This document shows positions 39,001 to 47,945 of a stretch of DNA of 64,000 bases, piece by piece. Both the position numbers and the translations under genes were made by a program. The stretch covers positions 1 to 64,000 of the forward strand of contig JAHLWS010000053.1 in NCBI GenBank assembly GCA_019057795.1. Direction: 5' to 3'. The notes beneath the pieces are model-generated. The model did no database searches. It was not told where the DNA came from and was given only the letters and a program-made list of their open reading frames with translations. This DNA comes from Promethearchaeota archaeon (GTDB taxonomy: Archaea; Asgardarchaeota; Lokiarchaeia; Sigyniarchaeales; SOKP01). Position 1 is the stretch's first letter. The number at the start of each line of letters is the position of its first letter.

Positions 39001-40488
39001 GGCTATTTTCGAATTTAATTGGCTCTTTTCATCTCGTAATTCATTTATACCTTTTTCTAATTCTTTCTGGTTATCATTTTCCTTAGAAATTTTTACATTT
39101 AAGTTAGCTACTTCTTTTCTTATAATTTCTGCTTCCTTTTTTGTGCTTTTTATCGCTTCCTCTACACTCTCAGAATCTCCCTTCAATTTATTAAGCTCTG
39201 CTTCTAACTTTATTTTCTTCTCTTCATTTTTTTTAATGTTTTCTTTTAGAAACTTTAATTTGGCTTTATTTGAGGAAATGCTCTGCTTGATCGTTGAAAT
39301 TTCTCGATTAAGTGTCGATTTTGTGTTGTTATTATTTTGGATTTTAGTCTCAATTTCTGCTTGATTTTGTTGTTTACTCTCGATTTCGCCTTTAGTCTCT
39401 TCAATCAAGTTATCTGTTTCCATTATTACCTTTGATTCTGACTCTATTAAAGAATCGTAAGTCTGACCCTCTTCAAGTTCCATTTGTAAATTTTCTAAGG
39501 TTTTTATCTCTTGAGTTAGTTTTTCTATTGATTTTTTAAAATTTTTTAAAGAAGTTTGATTCGAAGATTGTTGGGTTTTTAATAGAGTAATATTTTCGGT
39601 AATGACTTCTCTTTCTTTTTCTTTCTCAGATATTGTTTTTTGTATGTTTTCCATAACTAAGGTTTCTTGTTGTAGCAACTCTTCTTGTCTTGTTAATTTT
39701 TCCTGCAATTCTTCAATAATATAATTAGATTCCTCTATTTTAACCTCCAATTCTTCCTCTTCTTTCCTCAATTTTGAAATCTTTAAAGCGATCAATTGAG
39801 CATTGTAATATGAAACCTTTTCATCTAGTTCCTTCCAAGCTAAAGCATCGTTTTTTTCTTTTTCAACTTTTTTAAGTTGAGAAGACACTTCTTTAAAAAT
39901 TGCTTCAAATTGCCCTAGATCACGCTCGGCTTTTTCTAACTCTTTCATCGTTGCGTCCTTCATTTCGTCGTACTTCTGAAGGCCAATTAGATTTTCAATG
40001 AATAATCTGCGACCCACTTCGTTCATATGAGTCAATTCCACGATTTTTCCTTGCAAAACAAATTGGTTGCTGCCATCAGGATCTACATTAGCTACAGCTA
40101 AAGCGTTAAGAATTTGTTGACGGGTAGCTTTTTTCTCATTCATTTTATAGCCGCCACCACCTCCTCTTTGTATAGTTCGACTAATTTCAAAAGTATCAGT
40201 TCCGCCTGGAAATATTTTTTCGGAATTATCAAAATATAGAGACACTGTGGCTCTATTTGAAGGGTTTTTACCTCGAGAGCCAGCAAAAATTAAATCTTCA
40301 AGACTTTTGGCTCTCATAGTTTTCTTGCTTAATCTACCTAAAGCAAAAGTTAATGCGTCAATAATATTGGATTTGCCGGCCCCATTAGGCCCTACGATGC
40401 ATGTAAACCCTGAAGAGAGCCTTATAGTTACCGTACGATCTCCGAAGGATTTAAATCCTGTCATCGAAATTTTTTTAATATAGGTCAA
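36031..40488 (-). CDS. smc: SMC ATPase with long arms and a non-canonical hinge
   Basis: GFKSF, GPNGAGKSN, VLQG Q-loop, LSGGEK, YIMDEIDAALD, ISH. Confidence 0.96.
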   Translation of the reverse strand: MTYIKKISMTGFKSFGDRTVTIRLSSGFTCIVGPNGAGKSNIIDALTFALGRLSKKTMRAKSLEDLIFAGSRGKNPSNRATVSLYFDNSEKIFPGGTDTFEISRTIQRGGGGGYKMNEKKATRQQILNALAVANVDPDGSNQFVLQGKIVELTHMNEVGRRLFIENLIGLQKYDEMKDATMKELEKAERDLGQFEAIFKEVSSQLKKVEKEKNDALAWKELDEKVSYYNAQLIALKISKLRKEEEELEVKIEESNYIIEELQEKLTRQEELLQQETLVMENIQKTISEKEKEREVITENITLLKTQQSSNQTSLKNFKKSIEKLTQEIKTLENLQMELEEGQTYDSLIESESKVIMETDNLIEETKGEIESKQQNQAEIETKIQNNNNTKSTLNREISTIKQSISSNKAKLKFLKENIKKNEEKKIKLEAELNKLKGDSESVEEAIKSTKKEAEIIRKEVANLNVKISKENDNQKELEKGINELRDEKSQLNSKIADFNSMLSSLNTEIKMNSDRIEKLKLRKVATENKIKNLSKGKDTEEVLKELLKKRDTLLKDINEFRRQAKEEDSTYRKNEQNLELLLMKQDSIVNEIYDNKSRIENINTRLKLIKKELTNLEREKRELDLKSSTLSGNLTKTDKESQNLNKKKENIQRRMGELSTEKDNLLLKIESTEEEYERNTEDITGILQILNMLTQNINISVESIKGNIQQSNAEAIETSGTNFKQFVLDIIDIMKTIEGVSSEVEERSDASEMSETLKSILQTLALFTDNIDSTIDQLIDKVKESADVEIQESTSTFDSFVQDLMEILENVYLSLRKLTMSKSQDLYKQLEEITENINIQNNDFNAIDKKLSVISTQNNHDSVDLSACNKRLEDINKRISEINEKIKKSENELEQRNLVVEEKQKENFEAEIKNLKQLKNIYWDDISTIKKNIEGKQIELDGLQKKLQELQGIQSFYDDIIEIESNIKELNSNIEEKKNVIINTEENIKNLKLEQDAIISKIEARLSEKDNFWESTEKLRTQIDEQNKNLETTMDKLRGLENVMMIINSIEDLSKENVEASKSITSCNQETEGLNSQVDGVQKKVDEVQQIINSMHEDKNKELDAQKRAQKKLNKLNKDLHKSQAKLNELNKNKEREQKIISLHEDIKDAEKQVDSILKDIEKVKNDLNQENDKRSLKQEEINKEIQGKDISWKKQKNYQNQLNELKSDHSMERSKLNNYESKKIITTDQIETLYQRSKDYGSLPPVTDDLSESGLQSDISTANNKKKALEPVNLKAITQYDTVKERFNEIDMRRQTIQRERKSILDAIDKIDLEKTRTFMKSYHEINREFSRIFQKLSPGGSAKMILDRPDKPFEGGVSIEARPRGKRISSLEILSGGEKTLVALSFIFAVQEFYPAPFYIMDEIDAALDGPNVHRVSVVIKEFARQAQFMVISHREENIVNADRIYGVSMQQSGITDIFSVDLEEEAKRLLELPDVPTNVEEN

Positions 40489-40657
40489 ATTAAAATTTCC
40501 ATTTCTTTATATTTTATTTTAAAATTAAAGAATACATTCATGTATTTATATACTAATACTTAGCATTTAAAAAATAAGGTTATGGTTTTTTATTTTGCTA
40601 CATTTTTGAAAAATCTAAAGTTATGAGCATAATTGATATTTTAAAAAAATGTATTTA

Positions 40658-41851
40658 TTAAAAATTTTGTTTATTAAAAATTGCGTCTAAAATGCTTTTT
40701 AATTGCTGTGGATTTATCACCATGAAATAAAAATTGTAGTTTAAGATGTTGTCGTTAAATTTTCTATAATCGTTAAAGTTATTTTTTTTAGAGGCGTTTA
40801 AAATTCCAATGTTTCTAAGAGTCGTAATCAAATTTTTAAATTCTTCCATATCTTTTTCGTAATCAATTGATTCACACGAAACAAAGTAAAGATCTTTTAG
40901 TTCCTTTATAGTTATGTAAAGGTTTGAGTTTTTTAAGAAATGATTCGATAAATTGTCTAAAAAGATTATTGTTAGTAATTCTGCTTCAGAAATATAAGAA
41001 AGCATGCTAAACTCGTCTGTAACTTGAAGCGAATCGAACTGATTTCTAAGGATTTCAGAGATTTCTAGATTGTTTAAACTAACTTGCTGATTTAATACGG
41101 GATAAAGCTCCCGTAGTATTTCGATCCCTTTTCCTGGAACTGGCACATAATGCTCGAAAATTAAATCTGTTATAAATTCTACTAATTCTTTGTCAATTTC
41201 ACGCAAAAAAGTTAAGGAGACTCTTTGTTTTAGAATGTCGAAAAGTTCCTTATATGAAAAATAATTTAATTTTTTCTTTAAGTCAAATTCACTTAAAAGA
41301 TCTAATGTTGAGGGTTTTAAAGCCTGATTTACGGTAGCTAGAACGTTCACGCTCGTATCTTTACCGTATTGTAATAACTTTTTGAAGATTTCTGGCTCCA
41401 AATGCTCGATATTGTTAAAAATGAATATAAGGTTGTGATCAACTTTTCTACATGTTAGTTTAAATAGATTCCATAAATTTGATATATTCGAACTTATAAT
41501 GCTTTTAAAATTAAAATTAGTATTTTGATTTTGACCAATTTTAGTTAGTAAAGAAATAATAATTTCCTCTAGATTTTTTTCCCTACAATCAACTTGGATG
41601 TTTAAAAATTCGGTGTTCAAGTTCGATAAATCTCTAATAACTTTATTTATAATAACTTGCTTTCCAATTCCTTGAATTCCTTGATATAAGATAGATAAAC
41701 TAAAATCATCTGAAAATGAATCTTTTAGAATGGAAAATAGAGATTTTTCTTCTCTATTGCGATACAATATTTTGGGTGGGACATAATGTGTGTCAAATAA
41801 AGCTCGAGGACCTACATAACTACTATTATTAATCCTTGGTGTTGATATCAT
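40658..41851 (-). CDS. Divergent Orc1/Cdc6-like protein with degenerate ATPase motifs
   Basis: FDTHYVPPKILYRNREE N-terminus; GIQGIGKQ; FIFNNIE; YSYKELFDILKQRV; C-terminal winged helix. Confidence 0.75.
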   Translation of the reverse strand: MISTPRINNSSYVGPRALFDTHYVPPKILYRNREEKSLFSILKDSFSDDFSLSILYQGIQGIGKQVIINKVIRDLSNLNTEFLNIQVDCREKNLEEIIISLLTKIGQNQNTNFNFKSIISSNISNLWNLFKLTCRKVDHNLIFIFNNIEHLEPEIFKKLLQYGKDTSVNVLATVNQALKPSTLDLLSEFDLKKKLNYFSYKELFDILKQRVSLTFLREIDKELVEFITDLIFEHYVPVPGKGIEILRELYPVLNQQVSLNNLEISEILRNQFDSLQVTDEFSMLSYISEAELLTIIFLDNLSNHFLKNSNLYITIKELKDLYFVSCESIDYEKDMEEFKNLITTLRNIGILNASKKNNFNDYRKFNDNILNYNFYFMVINPQQLKSILDAIFNKQNF

Positions 41852-42019
41852 TTTTATTTTTATTTTTTATTTTTTATTATTATTTTAAATTTTTATATAT
41901 AAACCCCTCGGGGGGATAGGTCATTGGAACTAAAAGATTTTCAAAAATTAAAACGTAAAACCAGTTATCCATTTAGAAAAAAATTAGAATTTAATTTTAA
42001 AAATTTGATGCTTAATTTC

Positions 42020-42835
42020 TTACATTATTATTTTTCTTACTTTTAATGAGTTCTTATCAATAATCTCCTTAAATCGCAATTTTCTAAGCTTTTTTGGAAA
42101 GTCTAAATTAATCTCGTCGTATACAAATCCACTGGAATCAATAGGACCTTCAACTACTCTTAACTTAGATGGCGAAATATAATCTTTCACAAACGAAATT
42201 ATTTTACTTTGTCCAGGAAATTTTCTTTTTAATAAACTTCCATAAGTATTACAAGCTACTACAGGAATTCGATTTTCAAGCGCGCGTGCTTTTAAATATA
42301 TTTCCCAGTTTTGGATTCCCTCCGCTCTGATTTGTGTAGGGGAGAATAAAACCTCAGCTCCATTTTCAGCAGCCACCCTGGGTGTTTCAAAGAAAGCCAT
42401 GTCAAAACAAATTAAAATTGCAAAATAAATTTTATTAAAGGGAAATAACACTAACTCTTTTCCAGGCTCAAAATTTTGTCTTTCGTAAGAGTATAAATGG
42501 ATTTTATCTTGTCTACCAATCTCTTCTCCGTCTTTATCAAAATAATAACTAGTAATTCTCGGTTTGATAGAATTTTTCCTTCTTTCCCAAATAGCTCCTG
42601 AGATTATACTTATACCGTACTCTTTTGCTAGATTTTTAATAAAGTTGTAATTATTTCCTCTTTCTTTTTGTAGGTTTAGTTCTTTTCCGTTTGTTAAATT
42701 GACCCACCTTTCTGGTAGGCATACGATGTCGCAGTTGTCAAATTCTTTAATTAATTTTTTTAATATTTCTTCTACTTCAAAATAGCATTTATCTCTTTCT
42801 TGGAAAACTTCTGGTTGAATACACGCAATCCGCAT
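42020..42835 (-). CDS. Carbon-nitrogen hydrolase (nitrilase superfamily)
   Basis: E-K-C triad in CLPE, QDKIHL and ICFD; RALEN. Confidence 0.93.
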   Translation of the reverse strand: MRIACIQPEVFQERDKCYFEVEEILKKLIKEFDNCDIVCLPERWVNLTNGKELNLQKERGNNYNFIKNLAKEYGISIISGAIWERRKNSIKPRITSYYFDKDGEEIGRQDKIHLYSYERQNFEPGKELVLFPFNKIYFAILICFDMAFFETPRVAAENGAEVLFSPTQIRAEGIQNWEIYLKARALENRIPVVACNTYGSLLKRKFPGQSKIISFVKDYISPSKLRVVEGPIDSSGFVYDEINLDFPKKLRKLRFKEIIDKNSLKVRKIIM

Positions 42836-42837
42836 AG

Positions 42838-43593
42838 TTAAACTTTACCAATATAAAATTTTTTATTTATATCAATAATTATATCAAAGAGTTCATCCAA
42901 CTTAGAGATTTCATAATCGGGTTTATATTCTTTTGGAATCTTTTCACCTGTTATATTGGTATCGTATTTACCACCACGATGTATGTATACACTATGAATG
43001 TCGTTTAGTTTAGCCGGCACTATATCTTTATATATATTATCTCCAATGTAAATTGTCTCGTGTCCTTTTACATTGAATTTTTTTAGGCAGTACGAGAAAA
43101 GTTTTGGGTTTGGCTTTCTAATCCCGATTTCATCTGATATAACGACTAAATCAATTAATTCGTCAATATCAAGCCTCAATATCTTTTCGTATTGCTTAAT
43201 AGGGATCCCATCCGTTATAATGGCTGTTTTAATAGAATTCTCTTTAAGTTTCTCTAAGCAACTTATTACATCGTCGTATAACTTTATATGCTTAATTTTT
43301 TGAGCGTGATAAGCCATTACAGCAGCGGCAATATATCTAACCTGGTCAATGAATGAAATAGAAAACTTTTCAAGCTCGTTTAATCTTCTAATAAAATAAT
43401 TATAATGTTTCGGAGAATTACTTCCGTATTCTTTAACGATTTCATCGATCAATATGAGGGCTTTTTGGCGATCAATTTTTAACCCGAAGTTTATCATCGC
43501 ATCTATACCCTCAATTCTTGCTCGTTGAGAAAGCATCGTGGAATCAAAAAGGCAGTCATCCAAATCAAATCCTACTAGTTTTATAGGACACAT
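42838..43593 (-). CDS. HAD-superfamily hydrolase
   Basis: FDLDDCL, ITDG, RKPNP, IGDNIYKD. Confidence 0.93.
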   Translation of the reverse strand: MCPIKLVGFDLDDCLFDSTMLSQRARIEGIDAMINFGLKIDRQKALILIDEIVKEYGSNSPKHYNYFIRRLNELEKFSISFIDQVRYIAAAVMAYHAQKIKHIKLYDDVISCLEKLKENSIKTAIITDGIPIKQYEKILRLDIDELIDLVVISDEIGIRKPNPKLFSYCLKKFNVKGHETIYIGDNIYKDIVPAKLNDIHSVYIHRGGKYDTNITGEKIPKEYKPDYEISKLDELFDIIIDINKKFYIGKV

Positions 43594-43799
43594 AATCTTT
43601 TTCGGTTTAACCTTTTAGTTTTATTTTATTGAAATATTAATACAATATATTTTACACTACAGTAATAGATGACTATGTAAGATAAATTTATTTATCCTTA
43701 CGAATATATAATTTTTAATATTAATTTATTCTAGGTAATACTATAAATATATTAGCCATAAAGATATTGAAAATATAACACTTAATGGAGTTTAATTAA

Positions 43800-44960
43800 T
43801 TGAAACCCGTCGTTGCATTATCTTATTTCCATCGAAAAATCGGTCCACTAGTTTTTTATTCCTATCCAGATAGTATGCTAGACGAGCAGCTTTCAATCAG
43901 AATCGCAAATATAATGGATCAAACAGTCAGTGAAGGGTTCTTCACCCACTCGTTCGAGAAAAATAACTCAAACAATTATTACTTCGAGATTTCTTCAGAC
44001 TGGGCACGGGGTAATAGAGATATGTTAATGGTTTCGATTATCTTCGATGAACAGACTACTCCAGAAATTGAACAAATTGTGCACAAATTATGCTTAGAAT
44101 TTTCAGAAAAGCTTTTAAAAACTGAAGAGATTTTTTCAGCATTTTACATCTCCGACATTAATAACTTTGAAGAAGAAGATAAAGAGGTTATCTACAAATA
44201 CAATGCGTTGGTTAAACTATGGGTTCAAGAATTATACTGGAATGTACTTGAAGATACAAGGGAAAAAAGCGAAGAAGAAAAGATTGCAACGCTATTGAAC
44301 AAAAAACACATGTTCTTGACACTAAAAAGGTTATCCAATGGTCCAACTACGCTAGAAGGATTAAGAGAATGGTACAACCATGCCTTTCCAGAATTAGATT
44401 TTAAAAAATTAATGGATACGCTTGTTAGAAAACAGTTTATTTTCATAAATCAGATTGGAATTGTAGAAAAGTATGTGTTACTACTAAAAGAAGTTAATGC
44501 CGAAAGAATCCCTCCCGATAGCGTCATAGAATACATCGACGAAAGTCCCGAACTAATTGAACCCGAATTAATAGAGTTATTACTTCCGAAAGTCCAAGAA
44601 TATTTTAGTATTTATGAGAACAAAAGTAAGAAAGAATTAGAAGAAGATACCTTTACATTATTTCAAATTGTGTCTGACCCTAAAAAATATAACGTGCTTT
44701 CAGAATTAAGGCACGGGCTAATAGCTAGCGATAAGCTACCAAAATTAGTCTCCAAGACGACTTTAGACCATTTAAATACTTCGTTAAAGTTTCTAAAAAA
44801 ACACGATATTATCGAAGAATTAAAGTTTAAAAACGAGAGTTACATCTTTTTAAAATCAAATATCCAAATAACTACTGCTTTCCCCGGATATTTAAGAAAA
44901 TCTTTGTCGAAAGAATCTAAACCCATCATAGCAAAAAAGCAAAAACCAAAAGGAAAATAA
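43800..44960 (+). CDS. Longin/uDENN-type protein resembling NPRL2/folliculin, with probable winged-helix C-terminus
   Basis: N-terminal SYFHRKIGPLVFYSYP (FHxxxGP) and DWARGN segment. Confidence 0.7.
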   Translation: MKPVVALSYFHRKIGPLVFYSYPDSMLDEQLSIRIANIMDQTVSEGFFTHSFEKNNSNNYYFEISSDWARGNRDMLMVSIIFDEQTTPEIEQIVHKLCLEFSEKLLKTEEIFSAFYISDINNFEEEDKEVIYKYNALVKLWVQELYWNVLEDTREKSEEEKIATLLNKKHMFLTLKRLSNGPTTLEGLREWYNHAFPELDFKKLMDTLVRKQFIFINQIGIVEKYVLLLKEVNAERIPPDSVIEYIDESPELIEPELIELLLPKVQEYFSIYENKSKKELEEDTFTLFQIVSDPKKYNVLSELRHGLIASDKLPKLVSKTTLDHLNTSLKFLKKHDIIEELKFKNESYIFLKSNIQITTAFPGYLRKSLSKESKPIIAKKQKPKGK

Positions 44961-44961
44961 T

Positions 44962-45216
44962 ATGAGTAAAGTCGACGATTCTCTCAAAGATATAAAGTAT
45001 TTACTAGGGAATATGGGTATGGACATCTTTTTTGCCATCGATAATGGAGCAAAAGATTATGAGACTATAAAAATCTTCTCTGGACTTCCAATGGCTTGCG
45101 TTAAGGGACGATTACCAGTTCTCCTCGACCTCCTACTCGTTGTAAAAAACGATGATGGCTACTTTTTAACTAATAAAGGATTAAATTTTAAAGCTCAGAT
45201 CGAAAATAACCATTAA
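44962..45216 (+). CDS. Small winged-helix protein
   Basis: 84 aa ending ...LLLVVKNDDGYFLTNKG; starts 1 nt after the longin gene. Confidence 0.6.
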   Translation: MSKVDDSLKDIKYLLGNMGMDIFFAIDNGAKDYETIKIFSGLPMACVKGRLPVLLDLLLVVKNDDGYFLTNKGLNFKAQIENNH

Positions 45217-45293
45217 TTAAGATTTAAATTTCAGATTGGGGCGACAACGTCATCGCTAGAGCTTAGCTCTTATCTATTGTCATAAGTTCATCA

Positions 45294-45836
45294 TTAATCT
45301 AAATTCTTACTTTTATTAAGGTTGTTATTAGTTAAATTTTTTGCCCTATGGTACTTCCTTTCAAAGTAGCCAGGCGTCTTTAAACCACCACATTCGTTTA
45401 TTAATTTCTGTAAACCCCCCTCTTCTTTTATCCGATTTTTTAATACATTGTATTTTTGGAGGGTTAATTCTTTTCTTTCTAAAAGATAATCTAAAATAGC
45501 AAACGCTTCCTCATTTTCCGTACAACGCCTAATGAAATCGATTGCACCAGGATTTCGTAAATCCTTGCGATAATTGTTAACTTGAACTAACTGTGGTTCC
45601 TCATCGGATCGTTCAATCTCGTAATCGACTGCCTTAATCTTTAAAGATTTCTTCTTTTCAGATAATTCGCACATTAGTCTAGGAAATTGGTGCTTTAGTT
45701 CTGCTTTGTCGTACGACATTTCCAAACCGTCCTCATTAATAACATCTATATTCTTCTCTAAGTTTTTAAGCACCTTCTCTTTTTCCTTTTCTTCTTTTAT
45801 CTTTTCGCCGTTTTTGTTTTTTCTCGTTTTCTCCAT
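45294..45836 (-). CDS. DUF2095-like archaeal protein
   Basis: NPGAIDFIRRC...EAFAILDYL...GYFERKY. Confidence 0.65.
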   Translation of the reverse strand: MEKTRKNKNGEKIKEEKEKEKVLKNLEKNIDVINEDGLEMSYDKAELKHQFPRLMCELSEKKKSLKIKAVDYEIERSDEEPQLVQVNNYRKDLRNPGAIDFIRRCTENEEAFAILDYLLERKELTLQKYNVLKNRIKEEGGLQKLINECGGLKTPGYFERKYHRAKNLTNNNLNKSKNLD

Positions 45837-46155
45837 TTGTAAATCGATTTCTTGTAGTAGTAAATTCTATGAGAGTTTGTTAATTATAAAAATCCAATTA
45901 AAATTATAAAAATATCTGTTAACAAAAATAGAAAAATATTAACTTATGCGCCCTTCGAAATGGTATCTATACCCGCTGGGGTTAAATCTTAGCAATTATA
46001 GAAATTGTAATAAAAATTTAACTAAATTTATTAACTACAGATAAAAGATGTGAATATTTTAAATATTATTACCAATTCAAAAAGCCAACAAAATAATAAA
46101 ATTAATTAATTTTACATAATTTCAATATTTATTAATATTGGATTGCTATTGGAGA

Positions 46156-46752
46156 ATGCCTAAATTGACTAAATCTGGATATAGTTATATAAAAGAAACA
46201 TTCGAAAAACACGAAACTGGATATCAAACTAATCATTGGGAAAGAGGAATCAAATACAGAAAGGGAAAGTCTGTCGAACGGGTTGAAAGACCGACTAAAT
46301 TGCATAGGGCACGAACTCTTGGCTATAAAGCTAAACAAGGCTACATAGTTGTTCGAGCGAGGATCAGAAAAGGGGGAATGCACAAGGTTCGGCCGAAACG
46401 AGGTAGAAAACCTCGCGCGATGGGTGTCTCTAAATATACTACCGGTAAAAATTTACAATGGGTCGCTGAAGAACGCGTACAACGTAAATATCCCAACATG
46501 GAAGTACTCAATAGCTATAAAGTATATGCCGACGGTCGAAGTTGGTATTACGAGGTTATACTTGTAGATCCATCGCATCCTGTAATAAAAGCAGACCCAA
46601 AAATTAATTGGATTTGCGAAGCACCTCATAAAAGGAGAGTTTCCAGGGGTTTGACCTCTTCGGGAAGAAAAGCTCGAGGGTTACATAAAAAAGGATGGGG
46701 GTCTGAAAAGACACGTCCGAGCTTAGGCGCAAATAAAGGTCGTGGTAAATAA
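46156..46752 (+). CDS. rpl15e: 50S ribosomal protein L15e
   Basis: ARTLGYKAKQG, EVLNSY, YYEVILVDPSHP, RGLTSSG; ATG at 46156 after GGAG. Confidence 0.98.
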   Translation: MPKLTKSGYSYIKETFEKHETGYQTNHWERGIKYRKGKSVERVERPTKLHRARTLGYKAKQGYIVVRARIRKGGMHKVRPKRGRKPRAMGVSKYTTGKNLQWVAEERVQRKYPNMEVLNSYKVYADGRSWYYEVILVDPSHPVIKADPKINWICEAPHKRRVSRGLTSSGRKARGLHKKGWGSEKTRPSLGANKGRGK

Positions 46753-46930
46753 ATCGGTTTTTATCTAAATTTATCCTTCTTTTTCAGTAAACATATTGTT
46801 TTGATTCTTTAATTCTATTAATTGGAAGTCAAGTTTTAAAATTTTTTCATAATTCCAAATCAATTAATCAAAAGAAATTATTATTAGAATACTAGTAAAT
46901 TTTGATTTTGAAGTCGTTTGGTGTACCAGT

Positions 46931-47734
46931 TTATAATTTATTGATTGAGATTGTCATTCCGCCGTCTATAATTATGTTTTGGCCAGTTATGTAGTCAGCT
47001 ATTGGAGAAGCTAAAAATAGGGCGAGATCTGCCACCCATTTGGAATCTCCAATTTTGTCTATAGGAATTTTAACACCTCTCGTTTCTAGGAACTGACGAA
47101 TTTTTCTTGGGTCGTTATCATATATTGGGGTAAGGAACACTCCTGGCGATAAAGCGTTGACAGTTATATCAACTGGGCCAAGTTCCAAAGCCCAAAGTTT
47201 TGTAAACGCAATAACAGTGGCTTTAGAAGCGCTATATATACCTAACATTGGATTTATTCCATTCGCAGTTCCAGCACAGGATGCAATATTGATAATTTTA
47301 GCCCGAACTGGTTTAAATTGCCTTTGGCTTTTCATTTTTCTAAAGAAAGTCTTAGTCACATTCCAAGTACCTTTAGCGTTGATCCCCATAACTTTATCAT
47401 ATGTTTCTTCTGATGCAGAGAGCGATTTATAGGCACCACCATCAATTCCAGCGTTATTAATCAATATAAATACGTTATCAAACCTTTCAAACACTTGCTT
47501 TTTCATTCTTTCGACTTCTTCTAACTTTGAAATATCTGCCTGAGCGAGAAGTATTTCCACATTATTATCTTTTAAAACCAAATCACGCGTTTCTTCAAGA
47601 CCCTTCATGTTGATATCGTTTAATACTAAATTTGCCCCTTTATTGGCAAAAGTTATAGCCATTTCTCTTCCAAATCCGCTTCCAGCCCCTGTAATTAAGA
47701 CGACTTTTTTTATTAAAAATTTATCTTCTGACAT
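46931..47734 (-). CDS. Short-chain dehydrogenase/reductase
   Basis: TGAGSGFG, NNAG, YSASK, ITGQNIIIDGG. Confidence 0.95.
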   Translation of the reverse strand: MSEDKFLIKKVVLITGAGSGFGREMAITFANKGANLVLNDINMKGLEETRDLVLKDNNVEILLAQADISKLEEVERMKKQVFERFDNVFILINNAGIDGGAYKSLSASEETYDKVMGINAKGTWNVTKTFFRKMKSQRQFKPVRAKIINIASCAGTANGINPMLGIYSASKATVIAFTKLWALELGPVDITVNALSPGVFLTPIYDNDPRKIRQFLETRGVKIPIDKIGDSKWVADLALFLASPIADYITGQNIIIDGGMTISINKL

Positions 47735-47945
47735 TTTTCTTTACATCTTAAAAATATAGAATTATAATTAATAGATTAGGTTTATTCTGCATTGATTTAA
47801 ATTTTTTTTAAAAATCCTCGTTTCATAATATAAATTATTTTGTTTTATCTTTTTATTCGAATAGAGGCTAAGGGCTAAATTATCGGTTGCTGTAAAGTTA
47901 AAAAAATTAGTTAAAATAAATTTATGATTTAATGATGTTTATATC

